From contig NC_087436.1 in the NCBI RefSeq assembly GCF_036321535.1, forward strand, positions 21,640,001-21,704,000: a stretch of DNA of 64,000 nt, read 5' to 3'. Both the position numbers and the translations under genes were made by a program. The DNA comes from Camelus dromedarius (taxonomy: Eukaryota). Positions within the stretch are counted from its first letter, which is position 1. Every line of letters starts with the position of its first letter. This document shows positions 36,601 through 49,379 of this stretch, in pieces. The notes beneath the pieces are model-generated. The model was given only the letters and a program-made list of their open reading frames with translations. It was not told where the DNA came from and did no database searches.

Positions 36601-37305
36601 AATGCCGTATGTACCTAGACCCACATGAAGATATGAGGGAAAATGTAAGGAATCTTCAGAGTCTCAGGCATAATTGTCTTTTGAATCAAGATTTGCTCAT
36701 TTACTTTAGATATCACTCCCTTGTAGATCAATAGGAGCTTTTAAAAATGCTTATGAAGTTTTATTATCATAACTATATTGTTTGTGTATCTGCCACTGCT
36801 GTGGGATTTTTCTTGTGTAAGGCGTAGTTGTAACCACTGTCTTGTTTCCTGGAAGTGTCTTGTTATAGTTGGTATGCCATAAGGCCAATGGAATATCAAG
36901 GAGCAACTTGACTTTTTTTTTTTTTTCCAATTGTCTTTGTACTCTTAGTGAACACTGATGGATGTAGCCCCAGCACAGAGTGAAGAGTTGGATTGCAGTA
37001 TAATATGTGTTCTTAAATCATGGTTTCCAAACTGACTCTCTTACATTGCAATATTTTGAGTAAGTCTTGTCTTCTGCATTGGCAGCAGTACCAGCTAGGT
37101 GTCCTAATTGTGCGGTAGAGGCCTCAAAATAGCCCTTTGCAGAGCTACGTGAAATCGACTTGGCGGCGTTCTTTTGGTTAAGCTGATTAAAGGAAATAGT
37201 GAGAAGTTTTCTAGATCATGTGGCTTTGATCAGAGATTCCTTTGGGAATTATCTAAATTAATGATTTCAAGGGGATGGAGGCAACACTTCCCTTAAAGGA
37301 GAAAT

Positions 37306-37395
37306 TCCTTTCTCCCTCCCTCCTCCTTCCCTCCTTCCTTCCTTCCTTCCTTCCTTCCTTCCTTCCTTCCTTCCTTCCTTCCTTCCTTCCTTCCC
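37306..37395. repeat. (CCTT)n microsatellite / polypyrimidine tract
   Basis: Read directly; it produces the spurious 'LPSF' and 'RKEG' ORFs. Confidence 0.95.
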
Positions 37396-38590
37396 CTCCA
37401 CTTGTCTATCATCTATGTTTCTATTTTTACCAGCCCTACTGGTTGTTAAGAGGAAGCAATGCAATAGGCCTAATACTGAAATTACTGAGCTCCGTTCTCC
37501 ATTTCCCACATTTCCAGGGTTGGGGAAGTTTGTGAGATGTAGAGGCAGCCTTGAGACTCTGATTTTGAATTACTAGCATAACAACAACAATGAAAAATGT
37601 CTTTTAAGATCAGTATAAAATATAATTCTTTAAAATTTCCATATATGGCTTATTTTTAATATATCATTTGTTTGTACATTGTCAGTACTTTAAAAGGAGA
37701 AACGGAGATTTTTATGTTTCTCCAAAGGGAGCGTGATTTTTAAAAAGTTAAGCAACAGTGATTTAAAGGGAGTCCTCTGAGCATTCTTCACTGTAATAAA
37801 CTTAACTGACAGAAATATGACTCTTTCGCCTTTCACCTTAGTTCTTAAAACAGATAGTTACAGTACATTAAGAGGACCAAACTGGGGACTACCCAGTGAA
37901 GTAAATAAGATGTACTTTCTTAACCCTGGCACAGTTCTCTATAGCAATTCTGTCTTTAATCCAGCCTGTCAAATGTTTCTCATTTCATTTCCTTGGGGCT
38001 TTGCTTTTCTAGCCAGAAGATCTGAGATGAGCTCCAGCAATTAGCACAATCAAATCACAAAAATCATTCACCACTGGGAAAAATAAAGCAGAACTAAAAA
38101 CCAGTGACATCTTAGGTTGGAATTATAATGTGTAGATGAGCGTACATTATAACTATGTCCTTAAGAAAGTTTGAAAGTTTCAGTAGTGATTATTTAACAT
38201 CCTATGAAGCCCTTTTGAACATCTTCTTATGCCAAACTTGCTAGATAACCACATATTCCACTTAGAGCATGGGCATATATCACGTTCATAATAGAATATG
38301 TTGCCTACTTGATGCACAGTATTAAAAAAATCACCCTTTAAAAGAATTTCATGTCTTCATTAACAAAACCCATAAGTTTTTATACTTACTAATCAGATCT
38401 TTTTTACCTAAATTTATGAGCCAGGGATGATTTTACGTTATGTGTAATTTCATTTCTTCCTACTAGCCTTATTCTCTTGAAGCAATTATGAGTAAATATG
38501 TTTCAGAGCTGTCTTTTTGGATAAATTTGCTTTAAAATAGGGCCTTTCCACATCCATTGTGCATTTGGAGTGGAGTGAAAGAGACATTGA

Positions 38591-38605
38591 ACACTAGGTG
38601 GCAGT
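38591..38605 (+). promoter_or_regulatory. CTCF-like motif
   Basis: ACACTAGGTGGCAGT versus CCASYAGRKGGCRS (one mismatch), in unique intronic DNA. Confidence 0.5.
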
Positions 38606-39499
38606 GTGCAATGCTCAGTCGCCTTGGGTCTTTTTGATTGCAGTATACTCAGTATCAAAGCTTCTCTTTAAACGGAATTTATGTATATCACGAACGAGTT
38701 AATGAAATTAAAATCAACAGGCAGCTAAATCTTAGCAGTCAGTATATTTAGAAGATCTATTGTTTGTAATGCTTTAAAGATTTGATTGTAATATTTAACA
38801 TACTCTACTTTTATGTGGGGTCCGCTTATGTAAGGAATTGTTAGGAATTAATTGAATTAAACATGCCAGAATTCTGCTTATGACTAGGTAAGAGAAAGGG
38901 GAAGGGAAAATTAAGTGAACACGAGACAAAAAAAAACCCCATGTGGACATTTTAAAACAGACACTGTATTAACCATCTGCATTTTAATCCTTATCCTCTC
39001 ATTACACAGGCTAAGCAGATTCTTTTTACTAGGAATTGAAGGCTATAATTGTTAATTTTTCTCTATCTTCCTGCCCTTGAGACAATATGAAAAAAAAAGT
39101 GCAAATTGTTTCACTGACACTTCAGCAGTTCCCTAATGTCCTCTGTAATAGTGATGGTCTGGCCACCACAGTGATCAAATTGGATTAGCCATGTAGCACT
39201 ATAATTTACTTTATTGTGACAGCTGAAATTTATCTAAACCATTTCTTCTTGGTTAATCTGGATGTCAACATCCCGTTCTTTGGCTGAATGATTAAATTAT
39301 GGGTCACAGCAGAATTAAAATTCATTCCATCATCCGTGCACCAGAAGGTGACCTATGCATTGTACAGTCACCTGACTGGAACCTCCTCAAGACCAATATG
39401 GTAGGCATTTCAAAAGTGTTCATTGTTGTGGGAATGGAAACCATGGAAAAATTAATCAACATAAATTGGCATAATTAAGAAATATACTTCTTTAAAAAA

Positions 39500-39680
39500 A
39501 AGCTTTTTACTACATGCACTTGTAAGCACAACAAAAAAATAATACAGTGAACTCTCTTCTTTCCATTAGCCAGCTTCAGTAATTGTCAAATCATAGCCAT
39601 TCTTGTTTTACTCACAGTCCCACTCACTTTTCCCTTCCCTGGAGTTTTGGGAAGCAAATCCTAGAAATTATATCAAAGGA
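39500..39680 (-). mobile_element. Old L1 (L1MC-like) 3' fragment
   Basis: 'atacagtgaact...ccagcttcagtaattgtcaa...gccattcttgttt...gaagcaaatcctaga'. Confidence 0.55.
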
Positions 39681-40879
39681 AATAGACTTGTGAAGAAGTT
39701 ATTTACAGAAATAGGTATCATATGAAGGGGAATTTAAAAATAATTCCTAAAGTATAAACACTACATATTTCACTTAAAAAATTAGACGTCTTGATATTAG
39801 GTAAATTAAACACTTGAATGTATTTCTGGAAGATATGGAAGACTATATAAGGAACAGATTTCAGTTTAGGTTCTGTATTGTATTTTTTTTAAATCACCAA
39901 AAGTGTGCAGTAATGTTCCTTGAACATGGTAAGTAGTTCGTACATGCTTGAAAACGAATGACTGCATTAGGATTCTTAGATGAAAACAAAGGTTGACTGC
40001 ACATCTTATCACCACAGTTCTCTGCTATAACATTTTACTTCTAAAGAGGCAGACACTGTGGATACAGCAGACCCTTGGCATTAAAGAATTTAGTTTGCAT
40101 GAGTCCAGATTTTACCATCTGTCTTAAATTACTTAAATTACTTCCATGTAGTAATCTGTAATTTTGCTGAAGTGTAAATTTCAATCACACAGTCCTGGAA
40201 ACTGGCCTTTCAGGGAGGGAGCCGAGCCAGCGGCCCGGCGGTCATACGTCCAGGTAATTTTATGCTCTAGGTGACATGGCTCTTCGCTTTCTGGAGCTAA
40301 TTATCCCTGGTGGGCGTGTTTGAGAATTTGGCAATCTGAGAAATTGTTTGGTCCTTCCCTTCGAGAATGTCATGAATCTCCCAAAATATACCTTTTAGAT
40401 TTTGTGTGGAGTTGAAATTGTAAAGGAATAGAATTTTTTCAGATTTCAAAAACTTGACAGTAACCATTATGTATAAATCTTTGTTACATTATGTGTCTAA
40501 GAGAAAATATAATTCCATGATAGAGAAAACAGGTAATTTGTATCTAAACGGTTTATGCCACACCATGTTTTTCATAGGCATAAATTATATAGGGAACAAA
40601 GCCCCTGTATAATTTTATTAATATGAGGCACATAATTTTTGACTTTTGTTTTTGAAATTTCCTATAATATTTTCTTTCCTGGGCTATGTTTTAAAGGCTG
40701 CCTCCCAATTTATTCATGCTGTTCATGCTCCCATTTCCCATTTTATATTTTGGGTGGGAGTGAAGAATGGAACATATTCAGAAAAGTGTAATGGGAAATA
40801 ATTGAGCCAGTTGGTTTCTGGCTGATTTCTTTCTTTCTTCCTTTCTTTCTTTTTTTTTTTCCTACTCTCTCTTCTTTTT

Positions 40880-42840
40880 TTTTTTTCAGATTATAAATGT
40901 AATAAATCTTTATTGAAAAGAATTTGGCAAGTAATGAAAAGTCCAAAGAGACAGAAAAAAAAAAAAAAAAAACCCCAAGGACATATCCATAACATTCTAT
41001 CATATTTCTTTGTAGGATTTCATGTGATTCATTTACACAAGTTGAGATTATAGTATGTGCATATGTGTGTGTGAAGACGAGTGTTCTGGTTTTTTTTTTC
41101 CACTTAGAATTCTGTTGTTCAATTCAGTTTAGAATTTGAGCACCTACTGTGTGCCAGGTGCTATGCTAAGCTCTATACTGGTTTACAGCAATAAATGAAA
41201 AAGAAAACCAGTTTTCCCACGCCTGTAAACACTTCTCTAACCATTTTTAAAAAATTACTACCTGATAGTTAGGCATACGAATCATTATTATTTGTTTAAC
41301 CATCCTTGCAACTTAGTCTCTTACATTATTAGCATTTTTCCCCTTTAACATGCTGTGATGAATCTTTTCTGTGTGACCTCATTTTCTGATATTCCTTGTC
41401 TATCATTTTCGCTGTTTTCTGAGGAATGATTCCTTGCGGTAGGATAATGGACCTTATAAAACTCCTTATACATATTGCCAGACTGCTTTCCAGAAAAACT
41501 GTACCCATTTTCATTGCCCCTGGAAGTACATAAGTCCAGTCTCCACCCTCACCAGCACTGAGGGATGTTATTATTTTTAAAGCTTGTTAATTGGAATGAG
41601 GAAGAAGATTCTAGCAACATCAGCAGCAGTAACACTTAGCACCTCGCAGGCCATCCATCACCCAAGACCTTTATCTGTACTGTCTCCTTTAATCTTTGCA
41701 ACAACCTTAAGAGGAGGACAAGATTGCCATCCCATTTGAAAGGTGATTTTTTTGAGAGGTTAATTGTCTTCGCCAAAGTCATACAACTGGTAAGTGGTAG
41801 AACTGAGTCTGGGGCCAAGATGGATTTTACTGTGAAGTTTAGGCTTTAAAGTACTGCATTCTTCCATTGTTGTTTGATTAAGTGAGGCTGAACGTGTTTG
41901 AAGTGCTTATTTTCATTTGTGCTTTATTTTTAATATTACTTCATATTTTTAGCCAATATTTTTAATATTACTTCATATTTTTGCATATCAGGACCCTTGG
42001 TTTTCTTTTCATCGATTTTAGTGTCCTTTATGATACTGTCCTGTTTTCATTTATGTTATCTCTATTGTTTCTCTTTCTTATTTTTTTTAGCATATGAATG
42101 ATGAAAATGTATGGGTAGTTAAGTTGAATGTCATATTTCTTCCTTTTTTTTTTTTTGCTTAGACAATACTTTCTCATTTATAAAACAGATTAAACTTTAC
42201 CTAAATTATTCTTCCTTTAAAACAATTTGGATCTAATTCTTTAATGATTTTTTTTTTATCACTAGCCCACTCAACATTGTTTTGGTATATGGTGTGAGGT
42301 AAACATTAAATTGATTTCCCTCCTAAAAATAACATTTTTCTGCAGCAGTTTTTGAATAATCCATCCATTTCCCACTTAATTTGTGATTCTATCACATCGT
42401 ATCATATATTATCTAATTCTAGAGGTACACACACACACACACATACTCCCACATAGTGGGTTTCTGCTTCTGGTATACCTACTTGATTCTTGTGTTCTGT
42501 CAGTGTTCTTTAATTAATATCACACAGGTTTAAATGTTATTTGCTTAATACCTGATAGTGTTAATACTTTCTTCTTGCTGATTTTTCTGTGTTTGTGTGT
42601 AGCTTTTAAGACATTCTCACTGATATTTCTTCCAGACTCATTTTAGAATAATTTGATAAAGCTGCCCCAAAATATGTTTAGATAAAGTTGAGTGTATTCA
42701 TGGAATTGAGGAGAACTGGCAACTTTATGAGATTTAATCCTATAGTACAGAAACTTGGTGTGTCTCTCAGTAAAGTTTTGATTTGGGGGATTTTTCGTGC
42801 TAGATGTAAAGGCCTCTGTTGGGCATCAGTCATTTTGTCT
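40880..42840 (-). mobile_element. Very old L1 (L1ME-like) fragments with interspersed L2/MIR
   Basis: 'atacatattgccagactgctttccagaaaaactgtacccattt', 'ttttggtatatggtgtgaggta', 'ttttgaataatccatccatttcccact'. Confidence 0.65.
41620..41862 (-). mobile_element. MIR SINE, near full length
   Basis: 'tttaatctttgcaacaacctt...gagaggttaattgtcttcgccaaagtcatacaactggtaagtggtagaactgag'. Confidence 0.8.
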
Positions 42841-44306
42841 AAATATTTTCCTTCTTCATGAGTCACTCTTCAGACTGACCAGGAGTCAGGCAGCATGCCC
42901 TGTGCACCATGGGCCTAGCTTTGCTCATCCAAGTTCACATATTTGGTCTAGTGGCATCTAATTGCTCAGGAAAGGAAGGGGCACATGAGGCTTGACAGCT
43001 TCTCTTTCCCATGACTGGGCTACAACTTTGCTCTAAATAAATATTTATTTTTCATTATTTTACTTAAATTAGCCAAAGAAGATACATTCAGTATAAATAT
43101 TTAAAACATCAAAATGTAAATATTAATAGTTCTACTTCTACAGCTCACCAAGGAGGTATCATAAAATTATCCAAAAATGTATAATATTTTGTATATCAAA
43201 AAACAAACGAACAATGCATCAAAGATTGCTCAGTTTGCTATTTGGTTTCCAGGTGTCAAATCTGGTTAAAGTACCTCTACAGCCGTCAGTTTTACAGTGG
43301 CGTGACAGGGTTGGGTAACTAGCCGGAAGCTATGGCTTATTTATTCAGGTCTGAACATCAGTTACAGAGATGTTTTTAAAAAGTGAATATCCAGAAAGGT
43401 TTTCATACACACAGTTTGCATATGTCTTTTTAAAATGCTATAAAGCTATTATACTCCAGCTGTCTTCCATTGACCCTGGTATGTGAGACAATGTGCTTAT
43501 TGGAATCATGCAGAAGAGAAGGCCTTGCTTTTATTAGCGTGAGTCCTCCAGGTTTGCTTGAAGCTGAGATTTTTTTTAGTCTCAGACTTAAGGACCCCAC
43601 ATTTGCTGTTGCCCTGTCTCAGGAAGCTGCAAATAGACAAGGAGGAAAAGTATTCCACACCTCCAATTCCAGTTATATTATTTTCAGTGGAAGTTCTTCT
43701 GTGTCATGGGATGGCATATGTAAGTTATATTTGAGTTACTAGCATCAGGCTGTGGTAAGAACCACTTTTATCTCCCTCCCTTGAAACTGTAAGGGCTTCC
43801 CCATAGATAGGTCTGCAAGTCAGATTCCAGCAACATCCACTTTCCATTTCATCGGCTAGATGATTGAGCTCAGCAACAGATGAAAACAAGTGAAAAACCG
43901 ATCATTTGCTTCTGTTAACATTTTCTGGTTCCCATGCTTAGGTTTATATATTTCTTTTTAGTTGAAGGCTTGAAGCAACAATGCACTAGCAGTGATGAAA
44001 ATCCTTTCAAAGCCTCAGGAGAGTATTTCTCCCACTAGTTTAAATTTTCCTGTCAGAGTTTCTCAGGTAATATGATACTGAGAAAGAGTGTGTGAGAGAG
44101 AAAAAGATAGACCAGGGTGAACAGTGCAGAGCAAAGACATTGCAGTGGGGTTGTGAATCACACGACATTTAACTTGGGATTCTAACTCACACAGACCTGT
44201 ATCTCCATCATGTTTTCTGCTTCTAGCACATAAACATTAATATAATAAAAAAAGGTAAAAATGCACTGAAAAATATTGTTTTAGTTCAAGAAGGTACCTC
44301 TAGTGT

Positions 44307-44817
44307 TGAGACAGGAGGGAAGGGGCAGGGCACAGCCTTTAAAAGAATGAATAGCCATTGAGAATGGGACATAACCTGGTTAGTACCAACTTGGCCAAAG
44401 ATGGTGGAAGAGTAGACTTCCAGTAGAGCTTGCACCTCATTATAGGCTTATTGTAATATATTATCTGACACACCCACATGTGTGATGACACTTCCCAGGA
44501 TGACCATAAAAGGCCAAAAAGTGAGTGGGGCCCAATTCCTGGAAATCTCTGCCCCTTCTCCAAAACAGTTGGAATATCCTCCCACTTGTTAGCATATGAA
44601 ATTACATGGCCCATTAAAAGCTAACCACCCCCGTACCTGGTGGCCAGTCTTACTTTCCTAGATGGCCTCATGCTCTGGGGCTGCCTCTCTTGCCTTTGGG
44701 ATGGCCCTCGCTGTGTCTATGGAGTCTGTAGATCCCTGGACAAACTCACTTTCACTGTGCTGTGCCTCCCTCTTGAATTCTTTCCTGCGCAAGATAAGAA
44801 CCTGTTCTCCAGTAACA
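44307..44817 (+). mobile_element. ERV1 solo LTR, MER41-like (cetartiodactyl type)
   Basis: TG...CA ends ('tgagacaggagggaaggggcaggg' ... 'tccagtaaca'); MER41-like motifs 'cccacttgttagcatat', 'ctttcact...ttgaattctttcctgcgcaag..aagaacc'. Confidence 0.8.
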
Positions 44818-45649
44818 GTTGAACTATGTCCGTGCTCCATTTTAGGATGTCCAACGTTTTGATTAGCTCAGGGCTAATGGGTTTCAGTGCTGAAACCTGA
44901 TGAAATCTGAACAGATGGGCTGGTTGGTCACCCTGTCTCCACAAACCCATTTGAATAATATAGAGAGAGTAATAGGTAGAAGTTTTCAAATAACCGATTG
45001 TACTTAGTAGAAAGGAGAGACCGTTTTTGGTACATGAAAGTGTTCCTTGAATGCTCAACGAATAATAATCACCCCAGAGATGTTACAGAATCGGGACCCA
45101 GGTTGTTCTTTGCTGGCAGAAATTGGGTATTTTTAATTTATGTACTTGTACTTATTTATTCATAATTTATTCCCTGCATGCTTCTGAAAATGATTTGAGA
45201 TGGTTTACAGTTAAACTGCATATAAAGATACTGAGTTTTTACAGCAGTTCAATACTAATGTAAAAGATACATTTTGGAGCTTGGCTAAAAGTACGCTGCC
45301 TTAAAAACTAAATTTGATAATACAAATACTAACCAGTATGAGATCTGAGGTGCTCTAAGTACAAACACGTATTGGGACATTTAAAATCACTACCCAAATC
45401 CCATGATTTTGGACAAAACTGTAGCCATGATTTGAACCATAATTTGATGTTAGAAGGTTCCCACCAGATGGCCTGGGTGAGCTGTTGTGGGAGGGCCCAG
45501 TATGCAAGAGCTCTGGGCCCATCCGAACAGGACTGGCTACTTCCTTTCACAGGCGTGTTTTTGATTCTGACTCCACACATTCTGGCGTTGGTGTTGCATC
45601 GAAAAGACGGTTGCATTTACTGCCTTTGTTCTTCCAAGTCCAGATGATA

Positions 45650-45780
45650 GTGACTTGGGGAAAGTCACTGTGATTTACTGGAGCCAGTTTTCTCATTTGT
45701 TAAGTACAGATGATAATAACTGTCTCACAGTTATGAAGTGAGAATTAAGTGGGACTATGCACAAAAAAATGACTTATCAA
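45650..45780 (+). mobile_element. MIR SINE fragment
   Basis: 'gtgacttggggaaagtcact...cagttttctcatttgt'. Confidence 0.7.
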
Positions 45781-45944
45781 ATACACTGTAAAACCATGGT
45801 ATTAAAAATATTGACAACCACTAATGTAATTATTATTCTGTTATATCCTATGCTCAGAATGATCGTTTAGGACTCAATGACAGCTTTAAATGTAGCCAAG
45901 AAAGCGATATAGATTCAGAGTCCACTCTGATGGATTTTAAGCCA

Positions 45945-46095
45945 TAGCCTCCTTATCTGTAAACTGGCTCATTAACATACACTTTGCAAAGATGTTGTGA
46001 GGATTAAATGCCATGAGGGTTGTAAAGCACACAGTGTCAGACCGTAGTAAGTCTTCAGTAAATAGTAAGACTTCAAGATATTTTATTACTATGAT
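45945..46095 (+). mobile_element. MIR SINE fragment
   Basis: 'ccttatctgtaaactgg...gttgtgaggattaaatg...tgtaaagcac'. Confidence 0.7.
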
Positions 46096-46800
46096 TAATA
46101 CTTTTTTATATGAATGAATACAGAATTGATTTATTAGAGTTATCTGTTAATGTATTTTCTAAACTCTTGACAGAATTCTAAATGAAATCCCAGTGTATAG
46201 AGTAGATATAAAAACAATATTTTATTAGTGTAGATGCATTTTGTAAGTTCACATTTAAAAAATATGCTTGTTGATAAGGTCAGTCAATGGAAACATGTAG
46301 ATTCCTTTGCTGAATACAAATACATAAAATCTGGGTTTATAGGTAATCTTTGCACAATTATATCAGCTCCATCATACAACTTATTTTTTCTTCTTTTATT
46401 TTTTAGATTTGATGTCTTTATATGATTTTGGCTTATTTGGTATTTTTATTTTGTGTCTTTGTTTGGGTAATATGGATTCTTCCTCTAAATTACAAATTTC
46501 TCAAACTTCTCAAAGATAAGTCTTCAACTTATCTTTTGGATCCAGTGCCCAGTAGAATGCGTGGCACATCAGAGGCCTCCACACTGCTTTGTGGATAAAT
46601 GAATAATCAGCAGAGTGGGGCTTATTTTACCTCAGAAGAATTACTGTGTTTTTAAAGGTGTTAGAATATGAAGAGGATGGGACATGGAGTGATGAAATAA
46701 CTGATCTAAAATTAACGCCTTCTTGATAAAGGGCTGGAGAACTTTAACCTATTGATAAAGCTCTTGCTACACCAGGGAAGAAGCTAGTCTTTGAAAAGTC

Positions 46801-46818
46801 TGTGTGTGTGTGTGTGTG
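46801..46818. repeat. (TG)9 microsatellite
   Basis: Read directly. Confidence 0.9.
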
Positions 46819-47242
46819 TTTGCACACCTATGTGTGTTCCTTCATGCACGTGGGTTAATGAGAGCAGACGAGTGAGGGCAGGGTGAAGGAAGCTGCAAGG
46901 GCCTGCTCGTTTGTGCAGGACGTGCCGCGTGTCAGGCCTTGCCACGCGCACTGTCTTGACCATGGTCTCCTCTCATTGGGGGTCTTTGCTGCATCAGTGC
47001 CTGCTGAATGAAATGTGCCCAGGGAAATGTTTATCACACTTTGGCAGGTGGACTATGGGAAACAATTACCAACCCTTTGTAGAACAGTGGGCTCAACTGT
47101 TTTTTCTGTTTTTGAGGCAGAGTAGTTTGTAGAATTCTTTATCACTCCTGTCTTATCCATGAGCCAGCAAGAAAAGGTTGAAATAAATCAGGAAAACATC
47201 CTTATGGGAACGTGCATACTTGCTCCATTCTGATAAAAATCA

Positions 47243-47455
47243 CAGTAGCTGGCATTTATTGAACATAATGGGTGTTTCCTTACTTTAACTCTTTTACTCC
47301 CCACAATTGTATGAGGTAGGCACTGCTCTTACCCCCATTTACAGGTGAGAACATCACGGCACAGGAAGGGAATGAAACATGCTGCAGTTATGTATTTAGG
47401 AAATGGTAGATCCAAGATTCTGAGCAATTCCTTCACCACTGAGGACCCTGCTCTT
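47243..47455 (-). mobile_element. MIR SINE
   Basis: 'tagctggcatttattgaaca...tatgaggtaggcactgctcttacccccatttacaggtgaga'. Confidence 0.75.
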
Positions 47456-47469
47456 GCAATCTGGCTTTT

Positions 47470-47613
47470 ATTTATTTATTTATTTTTTTGGTGGAGGGAG
47501 GCAGTTAGGATTGTTTTTGTTTGTTTATTTATTTAATGGCAGTACTGGGGATTGAACCCAGGACTTCATGCATGCTAAGCATGTACTCTGCCACTGAGCT
47601 ATTATCCTCTGCC
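47470..47613 (-). mobile_element. Camelid tRNA-Ala-derived SINE (vic-1 type)
   Basis: Minus strand reads 'atagctcagtggcagagtacatgcttagcatgcatgaagtcctgggttcaatccccagtac' (A box, AGC anticodon loop, B box), then an (AAAT)-rich tail; degenerate TSD tgcaatctggctttt (47455-47469) / tgcagtctgactctt (47614-47628). Confidence 0.88.
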
Positions 47614-49379
47614 TGCAGTCTGACTCTTTGAATATCAGCTGCAGAAGTAAGAGGAAGCCTAATGTTCTTGCCAGTTTCATATTGGGGTTCTTCACTTGAG
47701 CTTCAATTGATGGGAAAAGAAAGTGCGCCTTTGAGGGTAGCTTGCAGCCATGGATGGTGTTGGGGCCAAATGTACTCTCCTTGTCCTTGTTGTGGTCAGG
47801 AAGGGCGATGGTGATTGTCCCCAACCAAGAGGGAGATTGGTTAGAAATAATGTAGATATCCTTAGGATCTTTCCCTTTGCCGTTTGTTTCAAGTTGGGAA
47901 AAATGGTTATTTGGTTCTAGTTGGATCCATCTGTTGAATATCTGTGCATTTAAAATCTAGAGATGCTATGATGATCATGAGCATAAAATTGCCCAGTGAT
48001 TGGAAACCTTTAATCATGCACTTTGAACATTCCAGCCCCAATTTTTTTTGTGGCCTAAAAACCATCATAGGTGGAAGGAAACATCTGCTGTGTTTTTCAT
48101 GAGAACCGTGGAATCAAATATGCCTCATTTACACGGTCAATTCATGTGCATTGGGCACGCTTAAGAATTTTACTTGTCACTGAGTTTTCTACTTGGAACA
48201 TTCCACATACGTAGAAATAAACCTCTGTAAAATCCACTGGTTAAAGCCATCTATAGAAGTTGGCAGCTAAAGGTAGAAAAACCACTGTACAGGCTGGATT
48301 GTTTTTCCTTCCTGTTGTCTTAGAAGATATATCCTGAGCACAAAATATATTTTATTTTTAGGAAAGATATATTTACACCGTATGGTGCCAACCCTGCTAA
48401 GGTTTATTTGTACCCCGGCTACTTATAGTGAAGATACCGTGGGAATTCTTCTACACTGTAAGAACAGTATATTGGAAGGAAATGAGCACACCTTGGGTGA
48501 CAGCTCTTCATTAAGATAAGCACGCATTAAATCCCAGTCTATGAAGAATCTTCTGTTTCTGAGTGGAAGATGGTGGAGCAAGCTAGCGTTGCAAGACCGT
48601 TGCAGATTTGTTTGCTGGTCTCTGTGGGTGGTTCATGTACAGATCACTCAACGTGGAGGCTTAATCTTGGAAAGAGGAAACAATGCTTTTTGAAAAACAC
48701 TAGAGGAATTGGTGTTTTCAGTCTGATCATAATTCACTGAAAGCACGAGAGGATCTGTGTGAACCATGTTCCCGAAATTAATGGGGAGTGAGACGTCTTC
48801 CTTCACCCTTGTGAATCCTTGTAGAAGACGTTTGCAGAGAAATTATTGGAGCTGCTCCCCTGTGGGGAGATTAATGTTTTAATATGCAAAAGCAGACAAC
48901 TCACAATTCCTTTGCGCCATGGCACTCCGAGCTGCACAGTCTTACTGCTTTATTTTCCCCTTATAGCTTGTCTGCCTTCAAACTTTTGTGGAGTCAAATA
49001 GAGCCGCTCATGCAAAGTCAAATCCTTGGTCTAGACTTGCGGTCTCGGCTACAGAGAACCACCAATTTGTGACCTAGCTTTGGTGGAATACATATCTATG
49101 TGAAGGTATTGAGATTTTCTTGCTCATGCCTTTGAAATTGCTACTTGATTTACCAGCATCAAAGTTAGCCACTGTTAGGGGAGGATGTGTTTTTAGGCTC
49201 TATTACCATGAATTTCCAGTAAAAGTAAAAGCAAACAAAAGCGTTACCTTAAATAACCTACCTTTAATCTACCACACTCCTGTGTCTTATCCCCACCCTC
49301 TCCTCCTTCCTGTCTGGTTGAACTAAAACCCACACCTCTGCACTCAATCCTGTTTCCTCCTGAAATCTCAGGGTTCTCT

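Noticed and set aside
47540..47610. tRNA-Ala-like sequence
   Set aside because: The acceptor stem is degenerate and it has an AT-rich tail and TSD, so it is a SINE head, not a tRNA gene.
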